Source: a virus (taxonomy: Duplodnaviria > Caudoviricetes). From it: DNA of 64,000 bases. The stretch covers positions 64,001 through 128,000 of the IMG/VR virus record IMGVR_UViG_3300023213_000432. One strand, 5' to 3'. Positions 18,882-30,050 of this stretch are shown here, one piece after another; the first letter of the stretch is position 1; every line of letters begins with the position of its first letter. Made by a program: the position numbers and the translations under genes. The notes under the pieces are model-generated. The model was given only the letters and a program-made list of their open reading frames with translations. It was not told where the DNA came from and made no database searches.

Positions 18882-19491
18882 AGGATTGTTCTGTCTGTTG
18901 CTATTGGGATGTGGTGGCTCTAGCTCTAACATTCTTGATGTTATCGATGCTGATATGGAAGAAGCAGTTGTTGATTTAGATAGTGCCATTCCACCAGACA
19001 CCACCCCTTTTAATAAATGTGTTTCTATTCGACAAGCTTTAACTGTCTATCCTAGATTACAGGAGCGAGATTGCGTCGCTTCTGATGGTACTATTTCCTT
19101 TAAGGATTACTGGGACATTAAACTCAAATTGGGATGTTATTGGAATATTGCAGGGGATGGGGTTGTTAGATGTCTTCCGGAAAGTGAAATGTCTTCTCCT
19201 TTCTATGCTGATAATATGTGTCAGAATCGGATTGCTTTAGCGGAAGTGAGCCAAGGAAAATTAGTAGAACCCTATATCGGATTAGATCGACTTGATGATG
19301 CTGGAACCTATTTAGACATGTATCTAGTAGGTGAGGTTTTTGGTGGAAGCACTATGTATCATTTAGAACAATGGGGTCAAGATTGGGGCTGTTATTCTTT
19401 TTGGATTAAGATACCGGGCACCGATCCCTATTACGTAGGTGCGAGTGTGGATCCATCAATATTTGTTCCTAAGATAGAAAGATCCTTGTGA
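18856..19491 (+). CDS. Cys-rich lipoprotein
   Basis: Lipobox LLLLGC; DGVVRCLP..YADNMC. Confidence 0.65.
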   Translation: MKTAPTLIKGLFCLLLLGCGGSSSNILDVIDADMEEAVVDLDSAIPPDTTPFNKCVSIRQALTVYPRLQERDCVASDGTISFKDYWDIKLKLGCYWNIAGDGVVRCLPESEMSSPFYADNMCQNRIALAEVSQGKLVEPYIGLDRLDDAGTYLDMYLVGEVFGGSTMYHLEQWGQDWGCYSFWIKIPGTDPYYVGASVDPSIFVPKIERSL

Positions 19492-20132
19492 TGTGGAAAT
19501 GGTTAACACACCATATTGCTTGGTTAGCTATTAGGTTTGGTGTTACATTAATTTGTTGTGTAGTTTTACAGAATTTAATCCGAGTTGAAACTGGACAATT
19601 TATTGGGCTAAATACCTTGTTGTGGGCGGCGGCACTGATTATTATTACTGTTAGATTTTGGACGCCTAAAGGATAACACATGCTAAAGAAATATTCGCCT
19701 CGACAAATATTAGGCACGGCACTAATGGCTTCTGGGGCTAGCATTAGCATAATGTTATTAGTCATTTTGTTATTTGGATTTAAACATTATGATCTTTCAG
19801 CTCCATGGAAGATTCTAGGATGCGTGATATTTTATGGAGCATCATTTTGGCTTCTTCTTCCGGAGCAAGTGGACATTGATGAATGAGGGAGAGCTACTAA
19901 GTCAATTAGTAGAAGCGGAGAAAGAATTAAAAACAGCTCGGATGCGGATGGTTGAACACCGTAATAAATTATGGAAGGCAGAGGATGATTTGGTGTCTGC
20001 TAAACTTAAGGTGGATCGGTTACAGGATCAGATAAAATCTTTCCGCCGGAATAATGTTTTAATGGAAGATGAACAGCGGAATGAAGATATTGAACGATTT
20101 CGAAAAATATTGCCGGAGTTAATTAAAAAGGT

Positions 20133-22949
20133 TTGAAAATGCATTTTTGTTTTAATTGTGGCACTGAAATAATCGATAAAAAAGAATTGTTACGACAACC
20201 AAATCGTGTTGGTTTTTGCAAAGACTGTGCCCATGATGCTTGTAAAAGGACAGGAATTGCATTATTATCTAGTGTTATCGATACTTTATTGAAATATGAT
20301 GGCTTCTTTCAGGCCTCTAAAGAAGAAGCATTAATAGCCACCCCCAATGGACCCGCTCCTCCAAAGATGGTTAATCCTAATCCAGTTGAGATTGACCCTA
20401 CCAAAACCAAAGTTAAAGTGGAGGTAGGTCAAAAATGGAAAATTTTAGGCGATACCTATGAGATCGTTGCCCTTGATTTGATTAATGGGCGGTGTGATGC
20501 TATTCGAGACCATGATAAGCAGGAATATAAAGGTTTTGGACTAATTGACAAAGATGGCTATCCGGGTTGGACTGTAGTTGGATGGCGAGTAATTCCCGCT
20601 CCCAAAACAAAAATTGAAGTAGGACAAATATGGATGTCGCTTAACTCCAGACTTACGTATGAAATTACTAAAGTTATGCCAGGGCAAGCTAAAGCCGAAG
20701 CCCTACGTTCGGATGGTAGAAATGATCGGTTCATTGGAATTAAGTTAGATGGGTATCCTGAAGAAGGTTACTGGAATGGTTTTGTGTTGATTTCTAAAAA
20801 ACCTATTGGATCCAAAAATATGAATAACATTAAAGTAGAGGTTGGACAGAAATGGACTTATTTAAATCAGACATATGAAATTACCGACATTAATTTGATC
20901 GATGGATATTGTCATGCAATTGACGTTGATACCGGTAAAAAAGTATTGAATTGGGCGACAATTGACAAAAAGACTGGAAAGGCGAATTTTCCGTCAGTTG
21001 ATTTATGGGAAGTGGTTGCAGCTCCTAAATTCAAAGTAGAAGTGGGACAAGTTTGGGCACACATCGGTACTCCAAAAATTACTTACAAAATTACTACAGT
21101 TGATTCTAAAGGGCGCCATTGTAGTAGTGAGCACGGTGGGTTTGGTAGTTTGGATGTTGATGGATTTCCTTTATGGAACTTGGAGAATTGGAGGATGATC
21201 TCAAAGGATCCAAAACTAAGCAAAATCAAAGTAGCAGTGGGACAGATTTGGGAAACCCAATCTAGAAATGGAAATGAGGTTGTCATTACCTCAATCGATA
21301 AGAAAGGCAACGTTGGAGTCATTACACACAATGGTGGTGATTCTAAAGAATGCACGTTTGGGACTATTGATAATGAAGGATATGGCAACTGGTACGGTTG
21401 GCAATTAAAAACAGATGCTCCTCATGCTAGTCAAACCAAGATCAAGGTGGGACAAGTTTGGAAGCAACATTCTTACAACAAAGAATTTACCATCACCAGT
21501 ATCAAAGACGGTATTGTTATGGGAAAATTTGATGATGAAACTAAAAGTCTCTTTTGGAATCATCTTAATTCGGATGGATGTTTAACAGCTGATGTTCCTA
21601 ATTGGAGATTAGTTAAGGAAGTTATTGTTCCTAAACCTGCTGTAGGGCAAAAGTGGAAGTGGATTTCAGATATTGAACCATCTATTAAGGGGCACGTTTT
21701 CACTTTGAAAGAAATTGTCGACTGTGATTGTTATTTTGACAATTTGAGTCGCCGGATTGCTAGAATTAATAAAGATGGAACCATTTGGAAAGACAATTTA
21801 CTATATTGGGAATTGGTGGAATTGGAAGATCATAATACTTCTTCAGCTGTAAACGATTTATTACTTCTGGAAAAGTTAGAAGCCATTTATAATGGAGGAG
21901 ATTCTAGCCTTTTAGTTAAATATCCAGGTCTTTGGAACGAGATGTGCAGTCTTGGATATTTCAAGCACGGAGAATATCCTAACAATCGCAAGATTGAAGA
22001 ACGACTTACTGTTCATGGTTATGCTAGGATGATGGAGTTACGCAAGAAAATTAGAGGTGCTTCTGAAATCAAAGTAGGACAGATTTGGAAGTCACCTTCG
22101 GGCGTTGAATATCGTATTAGTAACATACCCACTACTGACAAGGATGGGACTTATTTAATAAGTATCGATTTGCTTTGTGACGGCTTTTGGAAAGGTGGGT
22201 ATTTGTGTAGCGCCCGTAATGGAGTGTTAAACGATAACGGGGAAAGCTGGGTATTGGTACAGGATGTTGTAGAACCCGCCCTCAAAATTTCTCCTGTTCA
22301 GCCGGGACAAGTATGGAAAGATAAAATTAATAATGAATGGCGAATTAAAAAAATTATAAATGATAAACGTGCCATAGCAGAAATCAAAGGATGTGATGAT
22401 CAGTGGAATGGTGACTACGATGTGGGTTTGGACGAAGGATATTTAATAGGTGATTGGATATTAATTACAAACTCTCAAGACATCCCCAAGAAGTTGAAAA
22501 AAAATCCCAAACGTCAATTCACTCTCCGAGAAACCATCAAGGAAGATATTGCCGATGCTGGATACCGTGTAGCCGCTAACCAACTTACCAAAGGAGCACA
22601 TGCAGCTATTTCAAAGTTGTTGGAAAGTCGAGGATATTCTTCCGAGAAAATTAAGATATTTATTGAGCTATTAGATACTGATTTTGGGAAATCATTGGTT
22701 GGAATGATTTTAGGAATGAGTTTAACATATACTCCCCAACTTAAAACCAATACTCATGCTCAGAAATTAGCCCGAGAGTTTCGGGTTGGTTCCATGAGCA
22801 CCATGGGAAATGCCATGGCGAATTATATTCTTCCGGCAATTATGGATTCCTTATCTGAGGATAATGTTAGAATTGCGCCCGAAGTGAGAGTGGAAGAGCA
22901 AGAAGAATTAGTATTGGAAGAAGAAGCGAATAAAGAGGCATATGTATGA
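20133..22949 (+). CDS. Modular protein C: N-terminal Zn finger, 9 VGQ.W repeats of ~65 aa, conserved C-terminal domain
   Basis: CFNCG..CKDC; nine (V/P)GQ.W repeats each ending in an aromatic residue (mostly W); C-terminus DAGYRVAANQLTKG..LLDTDFG..EFRVG. Confidence 0.82.
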   Translation: MKMHFCFNCGTEIIDKKELLRQPNRVGFCKDCAHDACKRTGIALLSSVIDTLLKYDGFFQASKEEALIATPNGPAPPKMVNPNPVEIDPTKTKVKVEVGQKWKILGDTYEIVALDLINGRCDAIRDHDKQEYKGFGLIDKDGYPGWTVVGWRVIPAPKTKIEVGQIWMSLNSRLTYEITKVMPGQAKAEALRSDGRNDRFIGIKLDGYPEEGYWNGFVLISKKPIGSKNMNNIKVEVGQKWTYLNQTYEITDINLIDGYCHAIDVDTGKKVLNWATIDKKTGKANFPSVDLWEVVAAPKFKVEVGQVWAHIGTPKITYKITTVDSKGRHCSSEHGGFGSLDVDGFPLWNLENWRMISKDPKLSKIKVAVGQIWETQSRNGNEVVITSIDKKGNVGVITHNGGDSKECTFGTIDNEGYGNWYGWQLKTDAPHASQTKIKVGQVWKQHSYNKEFTITSIKDGIVMGKFDDETKSLFWNHLNSDGCLTADVPNWRLVKEVIVPKPAVGQKWKWISDIEPSIKGHVFTLKEIVDCDCYFDNLSRRIARINKDGTIWKDNLLYWELVELEDHNTSSAVNDLLLLEKLEAIYNGGDSSLLVKYPGLWNEMCSLGYFKHGEYPNNRKIEERLTVHGYARMMELRKKIRGASEIKVGQIWKSPSGVEYRISNIPTTDKDGTYLISIDLLCDGFWKGGYLCSARNGVLNDNGESWVLVQDVVEPALKISPVQPGQVWKDKINNEWRIKKIINDKRAIAEIKGCDDQWNGDYDVGLDEGYLIGDWILITNSQDIPKKLKKNPKRQFTLRETIKEDIADAGYRVAANQLTKGAHAAISKLLESRGYSSEKIKIFIELLDTDFGKSLVGMILGMSLTYTPQLKTNTHAQKLAREFRVGSMSTMGNAMANYILPAIMDSLSEDNVRIAPEVRVEEQEELVLEEEANKEAYV

Positions 22950-23368
22950 TCTATGTTTTGATGCAACGCCATCCAAGTAAAAACGCTCTTAAGTTTTATA
23001 GCATGTATGCGGATCCTCATAACTTTCTCTTGCATGTTGCCGCGGATCATTTAGTCGATGATTATGCAGATAGGTTTTGTTTTGACGATCTGCATCCAGA
23101 AGATCAAGTCAAGGCAGTTAGAAAATTAGTCAAGGAAAATCTTCAATCTGAAGAAGAAGTTGTTTTAATCGTTAATTCTTTAGTTGTTATTTATGCCCTT
23201 AATAACGAACTTCTTAGGAACAACAAATTGAAAGTAAATGCTTGGGAAGTGTTACCCACAGGCAAAAGAAACTCAGCCATCAAAGATCGTTGGATTGATG
23301 AAAGTGTCTTGGGTCATGTATCGGAAAAATTATCTTTGGAATTAAACAAGTTAAGAGATGAATCATGA
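22946..23368 (+). CDS. Hypothetical protein
   Basis: ORF with ATGA overlaps at both ends. Confidence 0.6.
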   Translation: MIYVLMQRHPSKNALKFYSMYADPHNFLLHVAADHLVDDYADRFCFDDLHPEDQVKAVRKLVKENLQSEEEVVLIVNSLVVIYALNNELLRNNKLKVNAWEVLPTGKRNSAIKDRWIDESVLGHVSEKLSLELNKLRDES

Positions 23369-23567
23369 AGATCAAATCCACATTGTTTCAGTTACGGCGC
23401 TTCATTGCTAAGACCATTCATATTGGTTGTGAGACGTGTCAAGATGGAAAGATTGAACTCACATTTTGGAGAGGAAAATGCCCGGTATGTGGAAGAGGTT
23501 TTCCATCGCTCCACGAAGTTAATTCTTTTACTCATCAAGAAATGAATCCTGAATTCCAAGACATTGA

Positions 23568-24146
23568 ATGGCAACGTGTAAAAGAAGAGTTAGAAAAATG
23601 ATAATTAGATTTTTCAAGTACCTTTATGGAGATTTTCAAGAAAATGAAAAGTGGACAGCCATCGTATTCGGATCGACTGTTTGTTCCTTTTTGAGTTGGG
23701 CTTTGTTAGCTACATTCCACGTTATACCTGTTCCTCATTGGATAATAATATTAGATATTATTGCTGTCGGACTTTTAGTTATCGGATTTTTTGTTTCAGC
23801 TTTTGCAGGTATTAAAGATGATTGGGAAAGAAAATGGGCTCTGGCGTTTGGGACAGCGTTGTTCCCTGGATTTGTGATTACTAACGTTTTGGCTGGCATG
23901 ATTATTGGGGCGATAAAAATGGTTGGTATCATCGGCAACTTTCATAAATTTCTTGGTTCGCTTGAAGACAGGCGACGTATTCGTCAAGAAACTAAGCGAT
24001 TGGCTCAACAAAAAGAAGCGGAGAAAGTGCGAATTCCTTCCAGTGGTTCATATCGCACTTCAGCCCCGACGTGTAGAGAGTGTGGTCAAGAGGTATTTTG
24101 TTTGCCATCGGAAGCGGTTCAAGAACAGAAGTATATTGATGGTTAA
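23568..24146 (+). CDS. Multi-pass membrane protein with C-terminal CxxC
   Basis: Three to four hydrophobic segments; TCRECG. Confidence 0.6.
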   Translation: MATCKRRVRKMIIRFFKYLYGDFQENEKWTAIVFGSTVCSFLSWALLATFHVIPVPHWIIILDIIAVGLLVIGFFVSAFAGIKDDWERKWALAFGTALFPGFVITNVLAGMIIGAIKMVGIIGNFHKFLGSLEDRRRIRQETKRLAQQKEAEKVRIPSSGSYRTSAPTCRECGQEVFCLPSEAVQEQKYIDG

Positions 24147-24859
24147 ACCGATTCTTACCATTCAAGAAGCTATCGCCATTTCGTCATATCGGGCGCAACG
24201 TGGAATGCTGCCACGATTGATTATAGAAAATTTGATCAAGGATGGGTTTGGTGCTCATCAGATCGGGATAATTATGCGATGGTCTAAATTATCAAAAGGA
24301 ATGAACGTATGGTAAATAAGAAAAAAAAGAATGTCGATTTGCACAAACAACTGTGGGAGCATACACAAGCCATCTTAAAATTAATCGGAATCTTTTTACA
24401 AAATGGAGTGAGATTATCTAGCCTCAGGCATAGAGGAGATCCTTGTCAAAAATGTAAAAGACCAGTAGCTAATAATTTGGCTCGGGAGGAATTAATAACT
24501 GACGGAGATGGGCCTGATTTATGTTGGGGATACTGCGCATTTAAGGAAAGTGATGGAGAGTAATCAAGCAAAAGTTTTGTATGGCATATGGTGCCAACCT
24601 AAAGATGGAAGTTTAAATGGTGTATGGCAACATAGCGGAAGCTACATTTGTTTGTGGGATAGTAAAGATCTGGTTGGTTGCGAAGTAGAACGGTCAAGAT
24701 TAAACTGTCCTGGATGGATGTATGAGGCAAGAGAATACGAATACGTCCCCAAAAAACAAGATGTGTTATATAGATATAGCCACCTGCTGTATAGATACAG
24801 CAAAAGGAACAATAATCCAAGATTTTAATTATGGAGAGAAAAATATTAAGGAGTAACGC

Positions 24860-25912
24860 ATGTCGGATTTCAACGCCATAGTAGTTAAGCTCGGAAAGAT
24901 CGATCCGCTTCCCAATTCTGATTTTTTGGAAATCACTACTGTGATGGGGGAGTTTCCTGTAATTATTAAAAGGGGACAATATCGTGAGGGACAGCTGGTA
25001 AGCTTTATACCTCACGACGCAGTTTGTCCTGATACAAAAATGTTCCACTTCTTAGCACCTCCTCCTAAGAAAGATGCTGATGGAAATATTATTAAACCTA
25101 CGCCACCTGTAGGAGAAGTGTTGATCAAAAATCGTACTATTAGGGCCAAGAAAATACGCGGGACGTATTCGGAGGGACTTATTGTGGATGCTCCGCCTGA
25201 TTTCAAGGAAGGAGATAGTATCATTGAATATTTTGGGTTAACCAAGCGCGTTTATGAAGAAGAACTTCCTGAGCGTGGTGGGAGAAACGAAGTGGCACCA
25301 ACCACTTTCCAACTCTTCAAATATGATCTGGAAGGCTTTGCCAAGTATGGATATGTGTTTGAGGATGGCGAAGAAGTTTTGATCACCGAAAAGATTGAAG
25401 GTGAAAATTGTGCTATCGTCTATGCAGAAGATCGACTTTGGGTTAGAAGCCGTAACTGGTTTAAAAAAGACGAACCTGATAGTCATTGGTGGGAACTTCC
25501 TCGAAGGCTCAATCTAGTAGAAAAATTGAAAGAACTGCCGGAGCTGTGTTTGTTTTTAGAGTTGTATGGTGCTGTTCGGGGATGGAAATACGATTGCCAA
25601 GTTATCAACAGCAAGATCCAACGAAACGGTAGAATTTTTGATGTTTGGGACATTAAGAAGAAAAAGTTTTTGGAATGGAAAGAAGTTCAAAGCATTGCTA
25701 AGCAGATTGGAATGGAGACCGTTCCTATTTTGTATCAAGGCGGCTGGAAGACGGATCGATCTCTTCACGCTCTTGCTGAAGGTAAATCAACAATCGGAGA
25801 ATGTGTTCGTGAAGGCTGGGTAATGCGCAGTATTCCCGAAGGATGGCATGAAAAACTTGGCAGAAAGATCGTGAAACTCAAAGGAAGAGATTATAAGATT
25901 ATCAAAGGTTAA
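24860..25912 (+). CDS. RNA ligase (Rnl2/DRB0094-like) with N-terminal OB-like domain
   Basis: Motif I ITEKIEGEN; FLELYG; IFDV; REGWV; C-terminal KLK; KKIRGTYSEGL. Confidence 0.9.
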   Translation: MSDFNAIVVKLGKIDPLPNSDFLEITTVMGEFPVIIKRGQYREGQLVSFIPHDAVCPDTKMFHFLAPPPKKDADGNIIKPTPPVGEVLIKNRTIRAKKIRGTYSEGLIVDAPPDFKEGDSIIEYFGLTKRVYEEELPERGGRNEVAPTTFQLFKYDLEGFAKYGYVFEDGEEVLITEKIEGENCAIVYAEDRLWVRSRNWFKKDEPDSHWWELPRRLNLVEKLKELPELCLFLELYGAVRGWKYDCQVINSKIQRNGRIFDVWDIKKKKFLEWKEVQSIAKQIGMETVPILYQGGWKTDRSLHALAEGKSTIGECVREGWVMRSIPEGWHEKLGRKIVKLKGRDYKIIKG

Positions 25913-26173
25913 TTCGCATGCTTAAACTCAACAAAAACCAGCAAAATAAAGAATCCATCTTCAAGATTATAGATAGAATTGTCAATGAGTGTATTCTTTC
26001 TGCTAAGTCAGATAAAGCTAAAAAATGTTTAATGAGAACTGTGGTGGCGGTTGAAAACATTGGAGAAGGTGTTGCTAAATTAAAGGAAATGGTGGAAGAT
26101 GCTTATTCTTTATCTGGCGCCCTTTCTACTGTGAAACATGATCGGTTCTCTAAATGTCAGGATCATTTAGAAC

Positions 26174-26572
26174 GTGCCCGCCAAGAATTGGAGTGATTCA
26201 ATTATGTTTTTTAAAAAACCTAATCTCAAAGATAAAATCGCAGATGCTATAAATTACGTCACCAAAGTCAAAGGATATCAATTAATCGAAAATGAGTGGG
26301 GCTCGGATATAGAAAAGAAATGTTGTGCCCTTGGGTGTGTGCTAGTTGTTAATGGAAAGCCAATAGCTTCTGATCATATCAATATTGATTCTGTTATGAA
26401 ACTGTTGAAGGTAGATAAAGTATGGATACATTGTTTCATGAATGGGTTTGATGGTCTTAGTCGAGATGGAATGCAATCTCTGCCTGATTATATTGATGCG
26501 TTTGAATTAGGAGCTACATTGAGATGCGAGTATCTTAGTCATTTGATTAAAAATAGATCATGTGAGGAGTAG
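26174..26572 (+). CDS. Phage hypothetical protein (CCLG family)
   Basis: KCCALGCV..FMNGFD. Confidence 0.6.
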   Translation: MPAKNWSDSIMFFKKPNLKDKIADAINYVTKVKGYQLIENEWGSDIEKKCCALGCVLVVNGKPIASDHINIDSVMKLLKVDKVWIHCFMNGFDGLSRDGMQSLPDYIDAFELGATLRCEYLSHLIKNRSCEE

Positions 26573-27269
26573 TCATGGGCATGTGTCTTGAAGAATTTGG
26601 GCGTATTAGTATTGAAGTACGGCGCGAGAGCTTCATCGTTCATACGAACTATGGTTACGACGAATCCGGTGACCGGCACTCCGATCGTGACGGTAACTTT
26701 GGAGTCACTTGGCGTGAGAGTCCGAGTCCAGAATTCTATCTCTCCGATCTCGATGATCTGATCAAAGCGCTCGAAGACGCTCGCCATTACATCAAAAACA
26801 GAAAGAATAAATCATGAAAAAATTATTTAGTGTATTAATAGTGTTAGCAGTTGGAATCTCGGCATGCACAGTATCAGTGTGCCGACCCGTGGTAAAACGT
26901 TGTCACACGGAATGTTATTCGGTATGTTGCGATCCTGTGTATGGCTATTGTTATGATTGTGATTGTCATCAGGTATGTGTGGATGATTGTGCAGCAGATC
27001 AAATTGATGGTGGAAGATGAAAGGCAATTGTATTTGCGGTGAACATTTTCGAGACGCGGAAGACTATCGAGATCATTTGCCGTGTCCGGGATCTCCTGAA
27101 GAACAAGCTGTTGTTAAAGAACGCTCTTTAATTGTTAAGTATCTTAAAATGATGCATTTCGAAATACACAAAGAGCCCATTGATTACGCCTTTGCTATCG
27201 AGCGTTGTGAGCACCATAAACTACCTCCTGATAAAAGTGTTCCTATTAAAGAGCTTTCCGAAAAATTAA

Positions 27270-28318
27270 ATGAACCCAAACCGTAGAAAACAATGGTGCC
27301 TTATTTTCGGTAAACCAGCATCATCTCATCCTGCTCCGCATCATTATGCTAAGTTTGTTGGAACTCCAGTATTAGATGCCAATCGATTCAATCCACGTCT
27401 CTTCTTTACTAAACTAGAGGCAACAAAGTTTGCTTCTGATTTTGTTAAAAGATATCATAATCGTTGGGAATTGATCGTGCAAAAATATAATCCACGAACA
27501 ACTAAAAATAACCCCACCCAAATCTGTAATTTTTGATAAGGAAGAACGTGTTAGAAAAATTCCGTTTGGCCCCGAATTCTAATCAAAGAAAACAGTGGGG
27601 TGTGGTTTATGGCAAGACAACTCAAGACCATCCTTACCGAAATGATCCTCAACAGTTGCTAAAAGTAGAGCAGAGCAATACAGGAACGTGGGCTATAATG
27701 GCATGCTTCTACACGCGACGGGAAGCTCAAGAGTCCGCACATCGTTATGAGGTTTCCAATCGTTTCTGGCATTTCCTTCCCAAGAAATTTAATTTTCATA
27801 AAGATAATCCGTGGCGCTCCTTCTAAATAAGAAAAAACAGTGGGGCATAGTGTTAGGAGAGCCCACCGCTGATAATAAAGATACAAGTCTCCATATAAAC
27901 AAAATTGGTAAATGGGTTGAAGCATGTGTTTATGCTGGTTGTTGGCTTGTTACTAACGGAGAAAATAAATCTCTCTTTTTTACCAAAAAGGAAGCAGAGG
28001 CGTGTGCCAAAGAACTTTGTCAAAAGAATCGTCTATGGACGTATATAGCTAAGAAATTTAACCCTCACAAAAATAATTATGAATCCCAACCGAAAATTTA
28101 ATTGGACGATTGTTGCTTTTGAAGTTGGCGGTATCGTTTTTGACGGATATTGTGGCGATCCTGATAATGAAGGACAAGGACTTAGCGTTATTAAAACATC
28201 CATTCTATTTTATACTCGCAAGGCTGCCCGGAAGGTGGCTTACAAGTGGAATAGAGAAAATAATATGTCCGACTATAAATTTAAACCCGCTAAATATAAT
28301 CCAAGACAAGATACATGA
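27270..28318 (+). repeat. Tandem array of 4 small paralogous genes (27270-27536, 27533-27826, 27811-28101, 28079-28318)
   Basis: Shared pattern: W..(V/I) near the N-terminus, F(Y/F)T(R/K)..A...A, C-terminal K(Y/F)N(P/F). Confidence 0.8.
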
Positions 28319-28864
28319 ACCTTAACGAAACTATTCGTTATCCTAATGGCACTGTTTGTGTCGTTAAGAACGGTAAAGTATTCCATATTCACTACCATAA
28401 TGGAGATAAGATATGGTTTGACACCCACGGCAAGGTGATCAAATTGGAAACCCATGATGGTATTTTTTGGAAAGAATCTGACAATCGATTTTTCAATGCT
28501 AATGTTTTTGGAGTTGTTTTGATGGTTATCATTTTTGGATATTTGTTTGTTAGAGGTTTCTTTCTTTAAAATGAACGTTCGAACTTTTATTGCTATTTCT
28601 GAGGCTCCTACCGCTGATGAAGCTTTTACTCAAGCTAAACAGGATGCCCAAAATTATGAAGACGATAGTGGAGAAGTTGGATCCATTGTAGGTAAAACAT
28701 CTTTATATATTGCAGGCGCCCAAAATGCCATCACGAGCAAGAAAAGCCGCCCGAATTTGGTTGAACAATGCTTTTCAAAACAAAGAAGAAATTTTTATCT
28801 CGACTTGATGTTCGAGATTAAATAAGAGGCAATCAAGCCTTTTGATGTATTATGGAGAAAAATT

Positions 28865-29212
28865 ATGGATAAACATACAATTCGCAACGACAAAGGCGAG
28901 ATCGATATTAATGCGTCTGTTAATGAATACTCTAAAGCGCTCTCGCTTTGGGTAAAAGAAAACGAAGTTAACCAAGACGAGATCTCTAAAGCAATGGACA
29001 CGATATTGGATCGATTTGATCTTTTGCCTATTCAGATGTTGGTTCAGGAAACGGTGCAGGAATTAAATCCAACGCCTGAGAAATTCAACGTTCTGAAGAA
29101 ACAGGTGCAAGGATTTATTAAAGCCCAGCGAGAGATTGGTGTTTTAATGGTTAAGACTGGAAAACATGGTGGTATTCATCGAACTCAGATAGAAGATAAA
29201 ACGAGCAGTTGA
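28865..29212 (+). CDS. Hypothetical protein
   Basis: GGAGA SD; ends KTGKHGGI. Confidence 0.6.
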   Translation: MDKHTIRNDKGEIDINASVNEYSKALSLWVKENEVNQDEISKAMDTILDRFDLLPIQMLVQETVQELNPTPEKFNVLKKQVQGFIKAQREIGVLMVKTGKHGGIHRTQIEDKTSS

Positions 29213-29303
29213 TAAAGACAAAGGAGGTAAAACGGATCATCATAGTTAAAGAGCGTGTCCGTTCCCTGCCTCCCTTTCTTTAGAATACAAAGGAGAGCAA
29301 ATA

Positions 29304-30050
29304 ATGGAAACTAAAAAAGTATATTCAGTTTGGGCAGAATTAAAAGATGGATCAAAAAACGGTTATTGGCTTAATGATGCTGAGTGGAAATTTGAAAGTA
29401 TCGCAGATGCCCAAGATTGTGCGCAAAGATTTAACCGTTACTATCCTGACAGGAATTATCGAGCGAGAGAATATGAGGATTCGAAGTCATGAAGAAGTAT
29501 GCAATTTGGGTAGAATACAAAGATGGCTCGGCAAATGGTCGTTGGTTTCTGGAGTTTAATGGTCGTTTGGAATTTGACGATATCTCGAAAGCTAAAGATT
29601 ATGTCGCTCAACTCAACGAGTATTATGACGCTGTTCAGGTTCAAGTTAGAGAATGTGAGGAATTAAAATCATGAAGAAGTATGGAATTTGGGTAGAGTAC
29701 AAAGACAATTCAAAAAACGGTCGTTGGTATCTAAGTAATGGTCGGTTGGAATTTGACAATATCTCAGAAGCTAAAGATTATATCGCTTCACTCAACGAGT
29801 ATTATCACATCATACATTACCAAGTTAGAGAATGCGAGGAATTAAAGCCATGAAGAAATATGCAATTTGGATAGAAGACAAAGCCGGCTTAACAAATGGT
29901 AAGTGGTTTAGATCTCCCCATGCATTATTTGAATCAATCGCAGATGCTGAGAGACTTGCTGAACTTTCCAATTGCCAATCCGACAATTTCTATTATTATC
30001 AAGCGAGAGAGTACCAAGCGGATTACTGTCAGTCAATTACCAATGACTAA
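29304..30050 (+). repeat. Tandem array of 4 paralogous ~60-aa genes (29304-29492, 29489-29674, 29671-29853, 29850-30050)
   Basis: KKY..W.E.KD...NG.W....F..I..A...RE motif; the two middle copies are similar at DNA level; ATGA overlaps. Confidence 0.88.
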
